A stretch of 64,000 nucleotides of DNA from Eledone cirrhosa (taxonomy: Eukaryota), in contig OZ024743.1 of the NCBI GenBank assembly GCA_964016885.1, forward strand, positions 104,656,001-104,720,000. Reading direction: 5' to 3'. Below are positions 42,050-57,430 of this stretch, in pieces. The notes under the pieces were generated by a model, which was given only the letters and a program-made list of their open reading frames with translations, was not told the origin of the DNA and did not search any database. Each line of letters begins with the position of its first letter. Within the stretch, counting starts at the first letter, position 1. The position numbers and the translations under genes are program-made.

Positions 42050-42372
42050 TAGTTCTACCCTATCCATCGTTAAAAGGGGAATAAATGTAATAAGAATGAC
42101 CTGAGAGAATGGGCCTAGTCTAAGCATGCGTCTGTTGATTGGAAAGGACAGAAGAGAGAGGAGCGCTTGTCTATGGAGCATTTGTCGATTAGGGTTATCT
42201 CAGATCTGTAGGGTTCCCAAATTACTCCTGAGTGGAGAAGTCTGGTGTTATCAAGAAATCTGTTGTTTTATGTTAACTGTTTTCTCTCGTTGCTTAAATG
42301 TTTTTATATGTGAACCCCTGTATATTGTATTATCGCCTATGTTTTCGGCCCGAGAGAGCAATAATGAAATTA
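42050..42372 (+). mobile_element. 3' fragment of an L1/Tx1-type LINE related to the 15709 element
   Basis: KRGINVIRMT*ENGPSLSMRL vs KRWMNVARMARVNGPTLAMRL; similar 3'UTR end (ggccc…caataatgaaatt). Confidence 0.65.
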
Positions 42373-42434
42373 AAGTAAGTCACGAACTGAGGTCGAATTG
42401 TTTTCCTTGTGCCTTAATTAGAAATCATTATTTT

Positions 42435-43045
42435 AGGACGGTGAATTGGCAGTATCGGTAGAGAGTGGGACACCATGCTTTCTAGCATAGTTACGTCCCT
42501 TTACGGTTTGCGTTCAAATCCCGTCGAGGTTAACTTTGCACTTCATCCTTAAAGGGGTCGATAATATAAAGTACCAGTAATGTACTGGGTAATTGCTGGC
42601 CTTGTGCCAAAAGTAGAAACAATTATTTTAGGGTGGTGTTTAGGGTGATGGATTGGCTGAATCGGTAGAGTGTCGGACACCATGATTCGTGGCATAGTTT
42701 CGTTGTGAGTTTAAACCCCAGCGAGTTTAGTTTTGTCTTTCATCCTTACGGGGTCGATAAAATAAAGCACAAGTAATGCACCGGGGTTGATTTAATCGAC
42801 TTTCCCCTCCCCTTGAATTGTTGGCTTTGTGCCTAAATCAGAAATTACTATTACAAGGTGGTGTGGTTAAGTGTCAGAGTTGTTAGAGTGTCGAATAAAT
42901 GTTTAGCAGTATTTCTTCCGGCTCTTTATCTTCTGATTTCAAAAGTTGATAAAATAAAATACCATTTATACACCAGGGTCAATATAATTGACTTTCCCCT
43001 TCCCATAAACTCCTGATCTTGTGCCTAAATTAAAAAGTATTATTA
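42435..43045 (+). mobile_element. Three head-to-tail Meta-core SINEs of differing divergence
   Basis: Repeated heads at ~42440, ~42648 and ~42857. Confidence 0.8.
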
Positions 43046-43114
43046 CACTTCCCATATATATGATGCTCGACTCTTAACGAGAAACTGTGTTCCCCCACAC
43101 CTTATACAACATTC

Positions 43115-43460
43115 AGCAGATCAACTCTTGTCAACAGACGAACTCTTCTCAACATGTCAACTCTTGTCAACAGATCAACTCTTGTTGTCAATAGATCAAC
43201 TCTTGTCAACAGATCAACTCTTCTCAACAGACAACCTCTTCTCAACAGACGATCTCTTCTCAACATACCTCCTTTTGTCAACATATCAACTCTTGTCAAC
43301 AGATCAACTCCTGTCAACAGACCAACTCTTGTCAACAGATCAACTCTTGTCAACAAATCAAACCTTGTCAACAGATCTACTCTTGTCAACAGATCAACTC
43401 TTCTCAACAGACCACCTTTTGTCAATAGACTACCCCTTGTCAATATAGCACCCCTTGCCA
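43115..43460. repeat. 18-bp minisatellite, ~19 copies
   Basis: Unit cagatcaactcttgtcaa. Confidence 0.9.
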
Positions 43461-43654
43461 GCAAACTAACAGTTTTTTTAAAGGTGGGGCGGGGGTGTGG
43501 TTTAGAAAGAAATCAAATGGGCTTGAACAATGAATTTATGAGCCAAATTGCTCAGTTATGCCAAAAGACATTTCTGCAATAGTTTTTTTCTTTTAAATTA
43601 TATTATTTAGTTTCAAATGTTGTTACTACTACTATTTTAACTGAACCAATATTA

Positions 43655-43838
43655 GAATTGGCAGTATCGGTAGAGGGTCGGACATGCTTTCCAGCATAGT
43701 TACCTCCCTTTACGATCTGAGTTCAAATCCCGCCGAGGTTAACTTTGCCTTTCATCCTTACGGGGGTCGATAAAATAAAGTACCAGTAATGTACTGGGGT
43801 AATTGCTGGCCTTGTGCCAAAAGTAGAAACAATTATTA
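43655..43838 (+). mobile_element. Meta-core SINE
   Basis: Match to family consensus. Confidence 0.88.
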
Positions 43839-44049
43839 ATATAACGATACCACCACCAACACCACTACCATCACTGCCACCACCACCACCACCACCACCA
43901 CCACAAATAACACCAACAACAACAAAAATTATATTTCTTTCCAGAAATTTTCTCGATTAGAAAGTAAAGAAAAAAAAATGTAAACTAAACAAAATATATT
44001 CAATAAAAATATTGCTTTTTTTTATTACCTTTTGTGTGTTTGTTTCCCT

Positions 44050-44512
44050 ATTGGTTGTTGTTGATGTTATGATTGTTGTAGTTGTTGTTGTAGTTGTGAT
44101 TGTTGTTGGTGTTGTTGTCGTTGTTGTTGCTGTCGTTGTTGCTGTTGTTGTGTTGTTGTTGTTGTTGTGATCGTTGTGATTGTCGTTCTTGCTGTAGTTG
44201 GTGTTGTAGTTGTGATTGTTGTTGTCGTTGTTGTGATTCTTGTTGTTATTGTTGTTGTTGTTGTTGTTGTTGTTGTCGTTGCTGCTGTTCTCGATTTTGT
44301 TATTGTTTATGCTGCTGACAACGTGTGCTGTCACTGCTGCTGCTGTTGTTGCTGTTGTTGCTGCTGTTGTTGTTACTGTCACCATCGCTGTTGCTGTTGT
44401 TGTTGCTGCTCTTGTTGTTGTTGTTGTTGTTGTTATTGCAGCTGCTGCTGCTCTTGTCGTTGTTGTTCGATATTTTTTTTTGCTACTGTTGTTGCTGCTC
44501 TATTATTGTTGT

Positions 44513-44546
<34 letters not shown>

Positions 44547-44826
44547 GTTGTTTCTTTTATCTTTGTTATGGTTGTTTTCATTGTTGTTCTTACTGACGTC
44601 TTTATTGTTGCCGTTGTTACTGTCGTTGCCATTGTTGTTGTTCTCGCTATTGTTGCTGTTGTTGTCTTCGTTGTTGCCATTGTTGTTATTATTGTTATTG
44701 TTGTTGTTGTTGTCGTTGCCATAGTTGTCGTTGTTGCCAATGTTGTTGTTGCCAATGTTGTTGTTGCCATTGTTGTTATTTTTGTTATTGTTGTTGTTGT
44801 TGTCGTTGCCAATGTTGTTGTTGTTG
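44050..44826. repeat. Degenerate (TTG)n microsatellite
   Basis: Direct inspection. Confidence 0.93.
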
Positions 44827-44917
<91 letters not shown>

Positions 44918-45471
44918 AATATATATATATACACACACTCACATATATATATATACACACACACATACACACACACATATATATATATTCTGAAAGGAAG
45001 ACATTAAAAATAACGGAAATTATCAGAGGGTAAAATGAAAGCAACTTGCTTTAAAAGCAAACAGAACCAGAGAGAAAATATTATGAACATTTTATGAAAA
45101 GAAAATTAAAATTATAAATACAATCTCAAAAACAAACACTTGAAGAAAACACAACAATAATAAAGAAAAATATAAACAAATATAAAACAAATATAAAATA
45201 AACAAACAAATAAATAATAACCAGCGATATAATTAAGATTCAGAATGTTATCTTAAGGCGATTATTACTATTACTATTATAATAATTTAAATAATAATAG
45301 TAATAATAATACTAATAATAATAATGATAATAATAATCCTCATTATAGATATTATTGTTGTTGTTGTTGTTGTTGTTGTTCTTATATCTAGTAGTTGTAT
45401 TATTGTTACTAATATTATAAATGGTAATTATGGTGACGATAAAGAGCTCATATCACCATTACCATTATTGC

Positions 45472-45502
<31 letters not shown>

Positions 45503-45970
45503 TTATTATTATTATTATCATCATCATCATTATGATATTTATGATGATGATTATTGTGTTGTTGGACTTGTTTGTGTTGATGTTTTTTGTATGTTTTTGT
45601 AAGTATTTTTAATTTTTATTTCTGCCAGAATCTGAACTTTTATCTCTTTGTATCCCCTTTGAAGAATTTACCGTCTCGATAATTCAAACGTCTTTTCCTC
45701 CAGGGAACTGGGTTCGAAATTAGTTAATGAAAATATCTTGTTTAAGACAAAAACCAAACAGATGTATAATTTTATCGCCGATTAGTAGGAGTGCTGTTAT
45801 ATTATACTTGGCTAACACATACATACATACATACATACATACATACATACATGTATGCATATATTCATGTATACACACACACACACATACATATATGCAT
45901 ACATACATACAAACATACATACACACATATACATACACATACATACATGCGCACATATATACATATATGC

Positions 45971-46021
<51 letters not shown>

Positions 46022-46685
46022 CATACATGCAAATACACATACATATATACGTATATACGTATATACATAAATGCATATATACATACACACGCACATATAT
46101 AAGCAAGAGTTTGGTTAACTTATGAAGCAAGCATCTTTTGTCATTATTTAGCTGGTTTATTCAACTATTATTTATAGTTATCTACATATATTATTAGTTA
46201 TCTACATTATCTGATTCTGCTGGAATCCGTTAGATGGCGCTGGCCGTCAACCTTTCAATATTCATAGCTGGGCTTTCAAAATGTGTATGTATTAAACATG
46301 CCGTATATATTTAGATATAAGAAATTCTCACACAAAGACACACACACACACGACCCCCCCCCACACGCACACACATGCATATATCTCTCTCTGTGTGTGT
46401 TTGTTTAAAAATGAAGCTGCTTATCTTTCAAGCATGATATATTAAAACACGGCTATTATGGATTCATTATCTATCTAAAATATATGGCAAAACATTCGTG
46501 ATATTAATTATAGAAGTTGTCGGGCTTTATACGTTCAATACTTTTAAACTGCCATATTTTAGTCTATGTATGTATGAACCCGTAACACCTGATGGAATCG
46601 AAAAGCCGCTGTCTTGGGCATTTTTATACCTGGCGGAACCCATCTCCTCTCCAGGTCTGAACACAGCTGATTTCTTCTAGGAGAG

Positions 46686-46733
<48 letters not shown>

Positions 46734-48192
46734 GAGGGAGAGAGAGAGAGCGAGAATATTAATCCTAGTACAGGACTGATATTTCTTTTATCAATCTCGA
46801 AATGATGAAATGCAAAGTTGATCTCGGAACGCAGAGAGTAGGAAGGAATTTTGATTGTTTCTCTATGTCTCTTTCCCATTCGCCCCCCTCTCTCCCTCTC
46901 TTTCCCTCTCCTGCTCTCACTCTCTGTCTCTCTCTTTCTTCTTCTCTGACAGAAATCGATTGTGTTTAGACCTGGAGAGCAGATGGGCTCTGCTATGTTT
47001 AAAATGCCCTCTCCGCCCAGACACGTTGTATGTGACGACGGCACCCGTACAACCCCACCGGAATTTACGGGTTCATATATACATACAATATATAGTGGGG
47101 TTTAATGAAGGTAGATTGTCGGAATTTGTAAAGGGTCGGAAAAATACCACCGAAGTATTTATTCTTGCTCAGTACTTTCTTAGTTAAAATAAAGTACCAA
47201 TCCAGCACTGGGATTGATTTAATCAACATCACTCTTCTCCCAAATTTACCGGCGTTGTGTTTAAATCAGAGATCAATATATAGTTTGGTATTTCATTCGT
47301 ACGACGTTGGTGGTGGTGATGATGGTGTTGCTGGTTATGCTGATGATGGTAGTGCTAGTGCTGGTGGTGGTGGTGGTGGGGATAGTGATGATGATTTATT
47401 TTTGACATATTAGATCACTATAGATGATGGGAAAAGGAAAATACTGTTCTTAAAAATATAAAACTTCAGCTGGATTTGAACGTTCATATGTTTTATATTA
47501 AACAATAAACAATTATTTCTACTCGCGAAAAGGTAACAAGAATTCTATTAAATAGTAGCTGGAGAAAGATGATAAGTCGTGCCATTGATACACCACAAGC
47601 TATTAATGACAGGAAAAAGCAAGAAGTCATTTTGGAAGAGAAATTCAAAGCACGAAAATGTCCGTTCGTCTCCATTTCCGACAAGAAGCCGTCAGCCTTT
47701 AACTGTTGATCACTGATAGGACCTGGTTATGTGTTATTTAGTAGAATAACCTCTACTTCATAATAACAGATGCTGGTTTAATTCCTGCCACGCAAAATGC
47801 AATACTATATTGAATAAATTTTCTCCAGTGAAACATATTTACAGGTTTGGAAAGACGGAAGAAGAAGGGGCACCAAGTAACAATATGAAGTAGTTAGAGG
47901 ATAATCTGGACGTTAGGTTTATATAGTTTGAGGAAAAACTGAAAGTAAGAAGATGGGTGGATCAGAGGCATGAAGTGTTCCAGATTGCAAAGCCGTGTTT
48001 CTGTTACATTCAAGACGTTGCTGGAGAAAAGTCTGTTAGGAACAACAGTGCCCCTTGATCCCTTTTTTCTGTAAAACGTTAATATATATATATATATATA
48101 TATAAAAAAATGACTTCACTTGTAATTCTAAACAATCTAATTTAATTTTATAATATTATAATTTTACAATTTGGTTTTGTAGATCTAGTAAG

Positions 48193-48313
48193 TTCTTTGT
48201 TAACACTTCGGCGGAGAGATTTTTAAAGATTCCTGGTTAACTTTCCCGGAGAACTTTCTCCAGGAAAGTTAACCAGGATTCTTTAAAAATCTCCCCACGA
48301 AGTTAACAAAGAA
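48193..48313. repeat. ~120-bp imperfect palindrome abutting (TA)n
   Basis: ttctttgttaac…tcctggttaactttcc cggagaa ct ttctcc aggaaagttaaccagga…gttaacaaagaa. Confidence 0.8.
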
Positions 48314-48324
48314 TATATATATAA

Positions 48325-48435
<111 letters not shown>

Positions 48436-48568
48436 AGAAGGGAAGTGAGGTTCTATACAAAACAGTGAGTATAGAGAAAAGATGAAGTTTGAAATAGCAC
48501 GGGAGATATATTTAAGGGTCTGTTTTTCTTTTTTGATTCGTCAAAGTGACATTATTGAAAAGATAGTG

Positions 48569-48751
48569 GGTCGGATTGGCAGTATCGGTAGAGGGTCGGA
48601 CGCCATGCTTTCCAGCATAGTTACGTCCCTTTATGATCTGAGTTCAAATCCCGCCGAGGTTAACTTTGCCTTTCATCCTTACGGGGTCGATAAAATAAAG
48701 TACCAGTAATGCACTGGGATAATTGCTGGCCTTGTGCCTAAAGTAGAAACA
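48569..48751 (+). mobile_element. Young Meta-core SINE with 18-bp TSD
   Basis: TSD attattgaaaagatagtg at 48551-48568 and 48752-48769. Confidence 0.92.
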
Positions 48752-48850
48752 ATTATTGAAAAGATAGTGTTATTAAAAGATAGTGTTATTAAAAAAAGAG
48801 GGACAATTCTTTATTGAAAATTTTTTCATGAAGTATATAAAGTGTATGAA

Positions 48851-48894
48851 AAAATTACCGGTTTCGATGTATTAAGATCCATCTTGTCAAATTC
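48851..48894 (-). ncRNA. Decayed hammerhead remnant
   Basis: gaat TTGACAA gatg gatcttaata catc GAAA ccgg TA attt. Confidence 0.45.
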
Positions 48895-49016
48895 AGTGAA
48901 AAAAGTTAATTAAAAAGGGAGTAAAATAAGGGTTTAAAATTAAAATTAAAATTAAAATCAAAAACGAATTTTGAGCAAAATTTCTTCTATAAGAATATAT
49001 ATATATATGTATAAGA

Positions 49017-49061
<45 letters not shown>

Positions 49062-49304
49062 CACACACACGCGCACACACACACATACACATATATATAT
49101 ATATATATATAATATATATTTCTTTATTATATATAATATAATGAGAAATATAGAACTGATCATAGTACATTTGACTGGTACATTATTTATCAACTCTGGA
49201 AGGATCAATTGCAAAGCTGGTCTTGGCAGGATTCGAAATACTGAAAAGCAGACTATTTAATGTTCTAACGAAGGTGAAGTATCCTGATGTTATTAATGTG
49301 ACTG

Positions 49305-50068
49305 AGAGGTGGTGGATTGGCAGAATCGGTAGAGCGTCGGACAGCATGCTTCGTGGCGTTTGTTTCGGCTCTTTAGGTTTAAATACCACCCAAGTCATCT
49401 TTGCCATACATCCTTCCAAGGTCAATAAAATAAAGTACCAGTCAAGTACTGGGGTCAACCTAATCGACTTCGACTCCTCTAAGTTGCTAACCCTGTGCCT
49501 AAGTTAGAGCCTGTTGGATTGGCAGAATCGTTAGGGCGTCGGATAAAACGTATCTTTACGTTCTGAGTTCCAATCACGCCGTGGTCAACTTTACATTTCA
49601 ACCTTCTAAGGTCGATATAATCCATTTTTTCCGCGCCCCCAAATTGCTGACCTTGGACATGAATTAAAGATCTTTACTAATGTGACTAGCTATTATATAT
49701 TAATGTATCGGTAGAGGGTCGGACACCATGCTTTACAGCAGAGTCACGGCCCTTTATGGTCTGAGTTCAAATCTCGCCGAGATCAACTTTGCCTTTCATC
49801 CTTACTGAGTCGATAAAATAAAGCACCAGTAATTCATTGGGGTTATTGCTGGGCTTGGGCCAAAAATAGAAATGATTACGGTGGATTGGCAGTATCGGTA
49901 GAGGGTCGGACGCCATGCTTTCCAGCATAGTTACGTCTCTTTACGATCTGAGTTCAAATCCCGCCGAGGTTGATTTTGCCTTTCATCCTTACGGGGTCGA
50001 TAAAATAAAGTACCAGTAATACACTGGGTAATTGCTGACCTTGTGCCTAAAGTAGAAACAATTATTAT
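49305..50068 (+). mobile_element. Four head-to-tail Meta-core SINEs
   Basis: Heads at ~49310, ~49515, ~49706 and ~49880. Confidence 0.85.
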
Positions 50069-50884
50069 TCATTTGCAATTGTCAATTCGTATGGCTGTAT
50101 TAAAGTCGAGTCTGCTGTCAAAGCGAAACTACAGACTATTTTCACGTTATAATCTGTGAAATATTATAATTAATCCACACACGCACACACACGCACACAC
50201 ACGCACACACACACACACACACACAAACCAATACACACACACAACCACACACGCACACAAAAACACACACACAAAAACACACACACAAACACACCCACAC
50301 AAACACACACACAACCACACAAACACACACACACACACAACCACACACACATACACAACCACACGCACACCCAACCACACACACACACACACACATACAT
50401 ACACACACACAACCACACACAACTACACACACACGCGCACACACAAACACAACCACACACACACACAAAAACGCACACACACACACAACCACACACAAAC
50501 ACACAACCACACACACGCAAACACACACGCACACACACACACCGTCTTGGTAGTTGATAAATGTTTTGATCTGTTATAGTTTGTTCTCTGATTTTCTGTC
50601 AAGAATTCAAAAGACAACAACAAAAACAAAACGAAATACAACAAAATACAACACTACAACAGTAATAACAACAACAGCAATAACAACAACAACAATAACG
50701 ACGACAACAACAATAACAACAACAAAACGAAATACAACAACAATACAACAGCAATATCAACAACAACAACAACAGCAACAACAGCAACAACAATAATAAT
50801 AAACAATAATAAAATATCAGGGCACCTTTATTACTATTTCATCTTGCTTCGACTAATGTAAAATTATTTTTATGACTAATAATA

Positions 50885-51335
50885 ATAATTGTTTCTACTT
50901 TTGGCACAAGGCCAGCAATTAACCCACTGCATTACTGGTACTTTATTTTATCGACTTCGTAAGGATGAAAGGCAAAGTTGACCTCGGCGGGATTTGAACT
51001 CAGATCATAAAGGGCCGTAACTCTTTGCTGCAAAGCATGGCGTCCGATGATAATTGTTTCTACTTTTGGCACAAGGCTAGTAATTTACCAGTTCATTACT
51101 GGTACTTTATTTTATCGACCTGGTAAGGATGAAAGGCAAAGTTAATAATAATAATTGTTTCTACTTTAGGCACAAGGCCATCAAATACCCAGTACATTAC
51201 TGGTACTTTATTTTATCGACCCGGTAAGGATAAAAGGCAAAGTTAACCTCGGCGGGATTTGAACTCAGACTGTAAAGGGACGTAACTATGCTAGAAAGCA
51301 TGGCGTCCGACCCTCTACCGATACTGCCAATCCAC
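50885..51335 (-). mobile_element. Tandem Meta-core SINE copies and partials
   Basis: Repeated aattgtttctactt…ggcacaaggc 3' ends. Confidence 0.85.
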
Positions 51336-51618
51336 AATAATGATAATGATAACAATAATGAATGGAAGGAGCGTATTCTGGAATGTATTCTGGCATTCTG
51401 GTGGTGAGTTTGTTTATTGAGTTGAATGTTGACTGAAATTGCTTGCAGCAGTGATTATGGTCACTTTGAAGTAAACGTTGGTCTGTGTCTCTGTGTCTTG
51501 TCTTGTTACAAACTATGTTCAAACTTCACTGCTAGCGGCTTTTCCTTTCCTCTGTCTGGCTACCTGCCTGCCTGCCTGCCTGTCTTTTACTGCTACTCTC
51601 TCTTTCCCTCTGTCCATC

Positions 51619-51682
<64 letters not shown>

Positions 51683-51757
51683 TAAATAAATAAATATATA
51701 TATATATATAAATAAATAAATAAATAAATAAATATATATATATATATAAATAAAATA

Positions 51758-51832
51758 TATTGGGTCATCAAGTATGAAATTTGTTGAAAAACTCCCCAAA
51801 TTTCTACGAATTTGATACTTGACGACCCAATA
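51758..51832. mobile_element. Tiny Tc1/mariner-type MITE (TA-flanked hairpin); related copy at 57647-57711
   Basis: TAttgggtcatcaagtatgaaatttg…cgaatttgatacttgacgacccaaTA. Confidence 0.6.
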
Positions 51833-51834
51833 TA

Positions 51835-52686
<852 letters not shown>

Positions 52687-52845
52687 CTATGTCATTTATT
52701 TTGTCTGACCAGTTGTTTAGCTTGACTTGTTTTTTGGCTTAAGTAGTTAATGGCTTCTTGACCGCCTTCTCAGTTTGTATGGCCTTTATAACCTATATTT
52801 ATTGCTCTGATCTTTTTAGCCCATGGAGCGCTTGCCAGCACGACT

Positions 52846-53116
52846 CGGAATTTGCGTTACGTTTCGCTTTTTCTACCCGCCGAAATGCGATTCTCGCTGA
52901 ATTTATATTTGTATTAATCTCCCGAGTCTTACAATTAACCTGTTAATAATTCTATTGACAGATTAATTGCATAAGTTTATTTTAAAAACTACCTGGTCGA
53001 GAGCTTAATCGATTTGTGGTATTTATGCAATTTTTTGCATGGATTTACACATACGGAATTTGCGTTACGTTTCGCTTTTTCTAACCGCCGAAATGCGATT
53101 CTCGCTGAATTTATAT
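52846..53116. repeat. ~62-bp direct repeat with 208-nt period next to (TA)n
   Basis: cggaatttgcgttacgtttcgctttttcta(c/a)ccgccgaaatgcgattctcgctgaatttatat at 52846 and 53054. Confidence 0.85.
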
Positions 53117-53122
53117 ATATAT

Positions 53123-53158
<36 letters not shown>

Positions 53159-53159
53159 T

Positions 53160-53230
<71 letters not shown>

Positions 53231-53504
53231 GTGTGTGTGTATGTGTCTTTGTGTATATATAAATATATATATTGTGTGTGGTGTGTCTTTGTCTGTATAT
53301 ATATATGTGTGTTGTTTCTTTGTTTTTGTCTCGCATCTCTCCATCTCTGCTTCTACCTCCTCTTTCCCTATCTCTCTCTTCCCAATCTTTCAGACTCTCT
53401 CTTATACGTATTAGAACTAACAACAGTTTGATGGTATTATTGCATTTACTGTGGCAGTTTAGTTAATATTACAATGTGAATTAGGGTGTTGGATTAGCAG
53501 AATT

Positions 53505-53714
53505 GGTAGATCGTCGGAGAAAATGTCTTTGCGTCATTTAGTTACTGGACTTTACTACTTTCTGAGTTCAAATTTGTCCGAGGTCAACTTTGCCTTTTAT
53601 CCTTCCGAGTTCGATAAATACCAGTTAAATACTGAGGTCAACTGAATCGATTTCCTCTCACCAAGAATTACTTGTCCTAGAAATCAACATTACAATGTGA
53701 ATTGGAAAAGTATA

Positions 53715-53776
<62 letters not shown>

Positions 53777-55380
53777 ACAAAACTACGAAAAACAACATAC
53801 AATTACATTAATACAAATGTCCGATTGTATGAAATTGTATGAAGGACGTACGTCTCTTATAATGGTTTCTTATATAGGCACAAGGCCAGCATTTTTGGAT
53901 TAGGGGAAAGTCGATTAAATCGACCCCAGTATATGACTGGTACTTTATTTTATCCACCCATAATTTAGATATAGGGTCAACAACTTGTGGAAAAGGGGAA
54001 TCCGCACACGCACACACACTCACTCAAATACACACAAAAAACACACGCACAAGTATGCAAAGCAAATATACATTCATGCACACACACCCATGCACATGCA
54101 CCCAAATGCATACATACTCGCGCTCACGCACACACGCACGCACGTAAACACATACAAACACATACAAACACACACGCAAGCAAAATCCTATACATATATA
54201 GATAAAAGTTACACGCACAGACACATACACAAGCACCCATGCACACATGCATGCACAAACCAATAACCAAACACACCAGTACTTAACTTGTATATCGACC
54301 CCAGTACTAAACTGGTATTTTATTTTATCGACCCTGGAAGGATGAAAGGTAAAGTTGACCTTGGCGGGACTTGAACACAGAACGTAAAGGCACCTAACTA
54401 AATGCATTTTGTCCGATGCTCTACCGATACTGCCAATCCACCGCTTTCACCCATCTTTAATATTGATTTCTACTTTAGGCACAAGGCCAGCAATTTTGAG
54501 GCCAGAAATTTGAGGGAGATAGAGAAAGTCGATTAAATCGACCCCCAGTGCATTACTGGTGCTTTATTTTATCGACCCGGTAAGGATGAAAGGAAAATCT
54601 AACCTAGGCGGTATTTGAACTCAGAAAGTAAAGGGCCAGAACTCTGTGCTGCAAAGCATGGTGTCTGACACTCTACTGATACTGCAAATCCACCGCCATA
54701 TAATGTACTAGTCCAGTACTGGTGTCGATTCTTTCTCTATATCTCTTTCTCACATCCTCTCAACCACGCACTCTCTACCGCGAAGCAGGGTATCCGACGC
54801 TCTACCGATACTGCCAACACACCGCCTTCGCCCGTCTTTAATAATGACTTTTGTTTTATTTTGTTCAAGATTACCATCTTGTTGGTGCTAATATAGTTGA
54901 TTCAATTGACATCAGTATATTGCTCGCACATATTTTATCGACATCCGATAATAGATAAAGGCCAAGTCGAATTCAAAGTTTTATGAGAATAATCATTCTT
55001 TCTAACCTAGATCCAATGCCAGTAATTTGGGGGAAGGGAAAAGCCGATTATATCGACCCCAGTATTTAACTGGTACTTTATTTTATCAAATCCGGAAAAA
55101 ATACTGTTAAGTATTTGTTCGAATCTCTAACATGCTACTCTACCAATCTACCGCCCTTCTTATAATGATTTCTAATTTAGGCACAGGGTCAACAATTCGT
55201 AGGGGATGGTTAAGTCAATTATATCGATACCAGTATGTGACTGGTACTTTATTTTAACGACCAGGGAAGGATTAATATCGACTTCTACGGAATTTGAACT
55301 CGGAACATAAAGAGCAGGAACAAATACTGCTAAGCATTTGTCCGATGCGCCAACGACTTTACCAATACACCGCACTTCAT
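53505..55380. mobile_element. Cluster of about 7 diverged Meta-core SINE copies and fragments, mostly minus strand
   Basis: Recurrent atcgaccccagt…ctggtactttattttatc and ctctaccgatactgccaa motifs. Confidence 0.75.
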
Positions 55381-55655
55381 ATGAAAATAATAATAATTAC
55401 TAAAACGTATGCAACATAAGAAGCTAAATTCTGTTTCCAAATATATTTAATGGACTTTCAAGAAACAATATGATGGCGTTGGATGTTTAATTCTTTTATT
55501 CTGAAGTTAGACAGAAGTAACTTTGTACTACACCCCTCTACACCGTCATCAGTACTGTCAAAGCTACCACACATTTACTTCTTAAGTAAACCGCTTTGTT
55601 CATACTTCTAGCTGCAGGCTTTAAATCTTCTAAAACGACTGAATTGGTTGTCAAC

Positions 55656-55729
55656 GGCTCTTTAGTATAATGGTTAGTGTACTCACCTGGCATCTGAGAG
55701 ATGCGGGATTCGTTTCCTCGCAGGAGCCA
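55656..55729 (+). pseudogene. tRNA-like sequence (Asp-type scaffold, GGC anticodon); tRNA pseudogene or SINE head
   Basis: ggctctt tagtataatggttagtgta ctcac ctggcat ctgag agat gcggg attcgtt tcctcgc aggagcc a; acceptor stem pairs, T arm imperfect. Confidence 0.55.
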
Positions 55730-56294
55730 CAGTCCACTTTATTTCCGCCTACAGGGGGCACTATATTCAATTTGCTCAACTATTATTTATCATGACCAGC
55801 TATTATTATGCTTTGGGACTCGCACATTTTAGATATATAAGTGTATAATGTGTGTTTGTAAACGAAGTCCTGTCTCCCATTCCACTGAGTCAGCCGTTAA
55901 TCATCTCGTTGAAATCTTAGTCTCGATGTGAGAAAAATGGAGGAAACAACGCCAAGTTTAGCTTCTTAACACCTTTGCATAAAAGTAAAGAAATTATAGA
56001 TTGATATCTACTGTTACTGGGAGAGAGAGAGAGAGAGAGAGGTGGTGGTGGGGGTGGGGCTTTATGTTGGATAAATTTGATACAATTACTCTGACCATTA
56101 CACTGAACATTTTACGACATTTATATTGCTAGTTAGAGACCAGACATTCTGCAAAAATGTGACAACAACCTCGCCAAATGCAAATATAATTGACTATTTA
56201 ACATATTATGCATATACTCACAGTCATCACTTTCCCTGGCATTCTAGTCTTTACTATTCTCACTTGGCGTTCAGGTCATATAATTATATCACCA

Positions 56295-56335
<41 letters not shown>

Positions 56336-56954
56336 CATACACACACACGCATACACACACATGTATACACAATGTTTGCACATGAATATTTATTGTATAT
56401 ATGCATTTAAATTACTTTACTCATACATACATTTCTTTATTTTATTTTATTTCTATAACGCAATTACACACATCAAATACACATACACTCTCTCTCACAC
56501 GCACACACACAGACACATATATATATATATACATATACATATATATGTACACACATATATACACATATATGCGAGTCTGTGTACTTAAATATACGCATAC
56601 TTAGGTTGCTATAAATGGTTAGTCACTGAAGTAGTTCTAAATTAATAACATATACTTACATATATATGCATGCGTACACAAGCACCGCCTCTCTCCCTTT
56701 CCCTCCCTCTCCTCCTCCTATCCCTCTCCCCCTCTCCACCATCTCCCTCTCTCCTTGTCTCTCCTCTCTTTCTACCCCCTCTCTCTTTAGTCATTGATTC
56801 TCTACCGCATTACTCACACACGCATGTATTATGTACGCTTCTAATCTTTTAGACACATGAAATGAATGGAGATTAACCTCTAGTCGGTATTCAGTTGTAA
56901 TCTTGGTTCTTATTAGACACAGTAAGTCAAGAGAGCGAAGACGCTGTCAGCATT

Positions 56955-57430
56955 ATTAAAGTGTAAGGAAAGCTACCCATCTAATTGTATACTCACCGAG
57001 AAGAAAGTTTACTTTACACAGTTTCTTGTCGGAACTTTGTATTTTTGAAATTATATTAGGGACGTGGAGCGAGCAGAATGTTCCCCAATAGGAACACCTA
57101 TGCTGACAATTAGATAATATATCGGAGTTTCTATTGATAGATATCGCAGTATTTTTATCAGTATCTGGAATCTTCAGACGGGTATAATCTAGTTTACAGT
57201 TACTCAATTAGTTGGGATATAGAGTAACTCTGTCAACAATACTACAAGTTATTGCAGGGCGGTTATATCACAGAGCTTCCAGATCAGTCGGGGGAAAGAA
57301 GTAGAATTTTCCCTGTTCCTAGACTTAAAGGAGTACAGATGTTGGTTGTAATGGCCAATCAGAAGCATATTTACTAGAGACTTGCAGATGGATCTCCAGA
57401 CATAAATAACTATGAAAGACCACAGATGTA
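56955..57430 (-). pseudogene. Highly decayed RT-like relic, possibly Penelope-type
   Basis: Fragmentary motifs CDITAL, GVPIGEHSA and TIRW in RT order, across frameshifts. Confidence 0.25.

Noticed and set aside
43102-43582. LTRVDL / LSTDQL repeat proteins
   Set aside because: 18-bp minisatellite open in multiple frames
50110-50137. agtctg…GAAA cTA cagact hairpin
   Set aside because: The core CTGTCAA is non-canonical and stem II is absent
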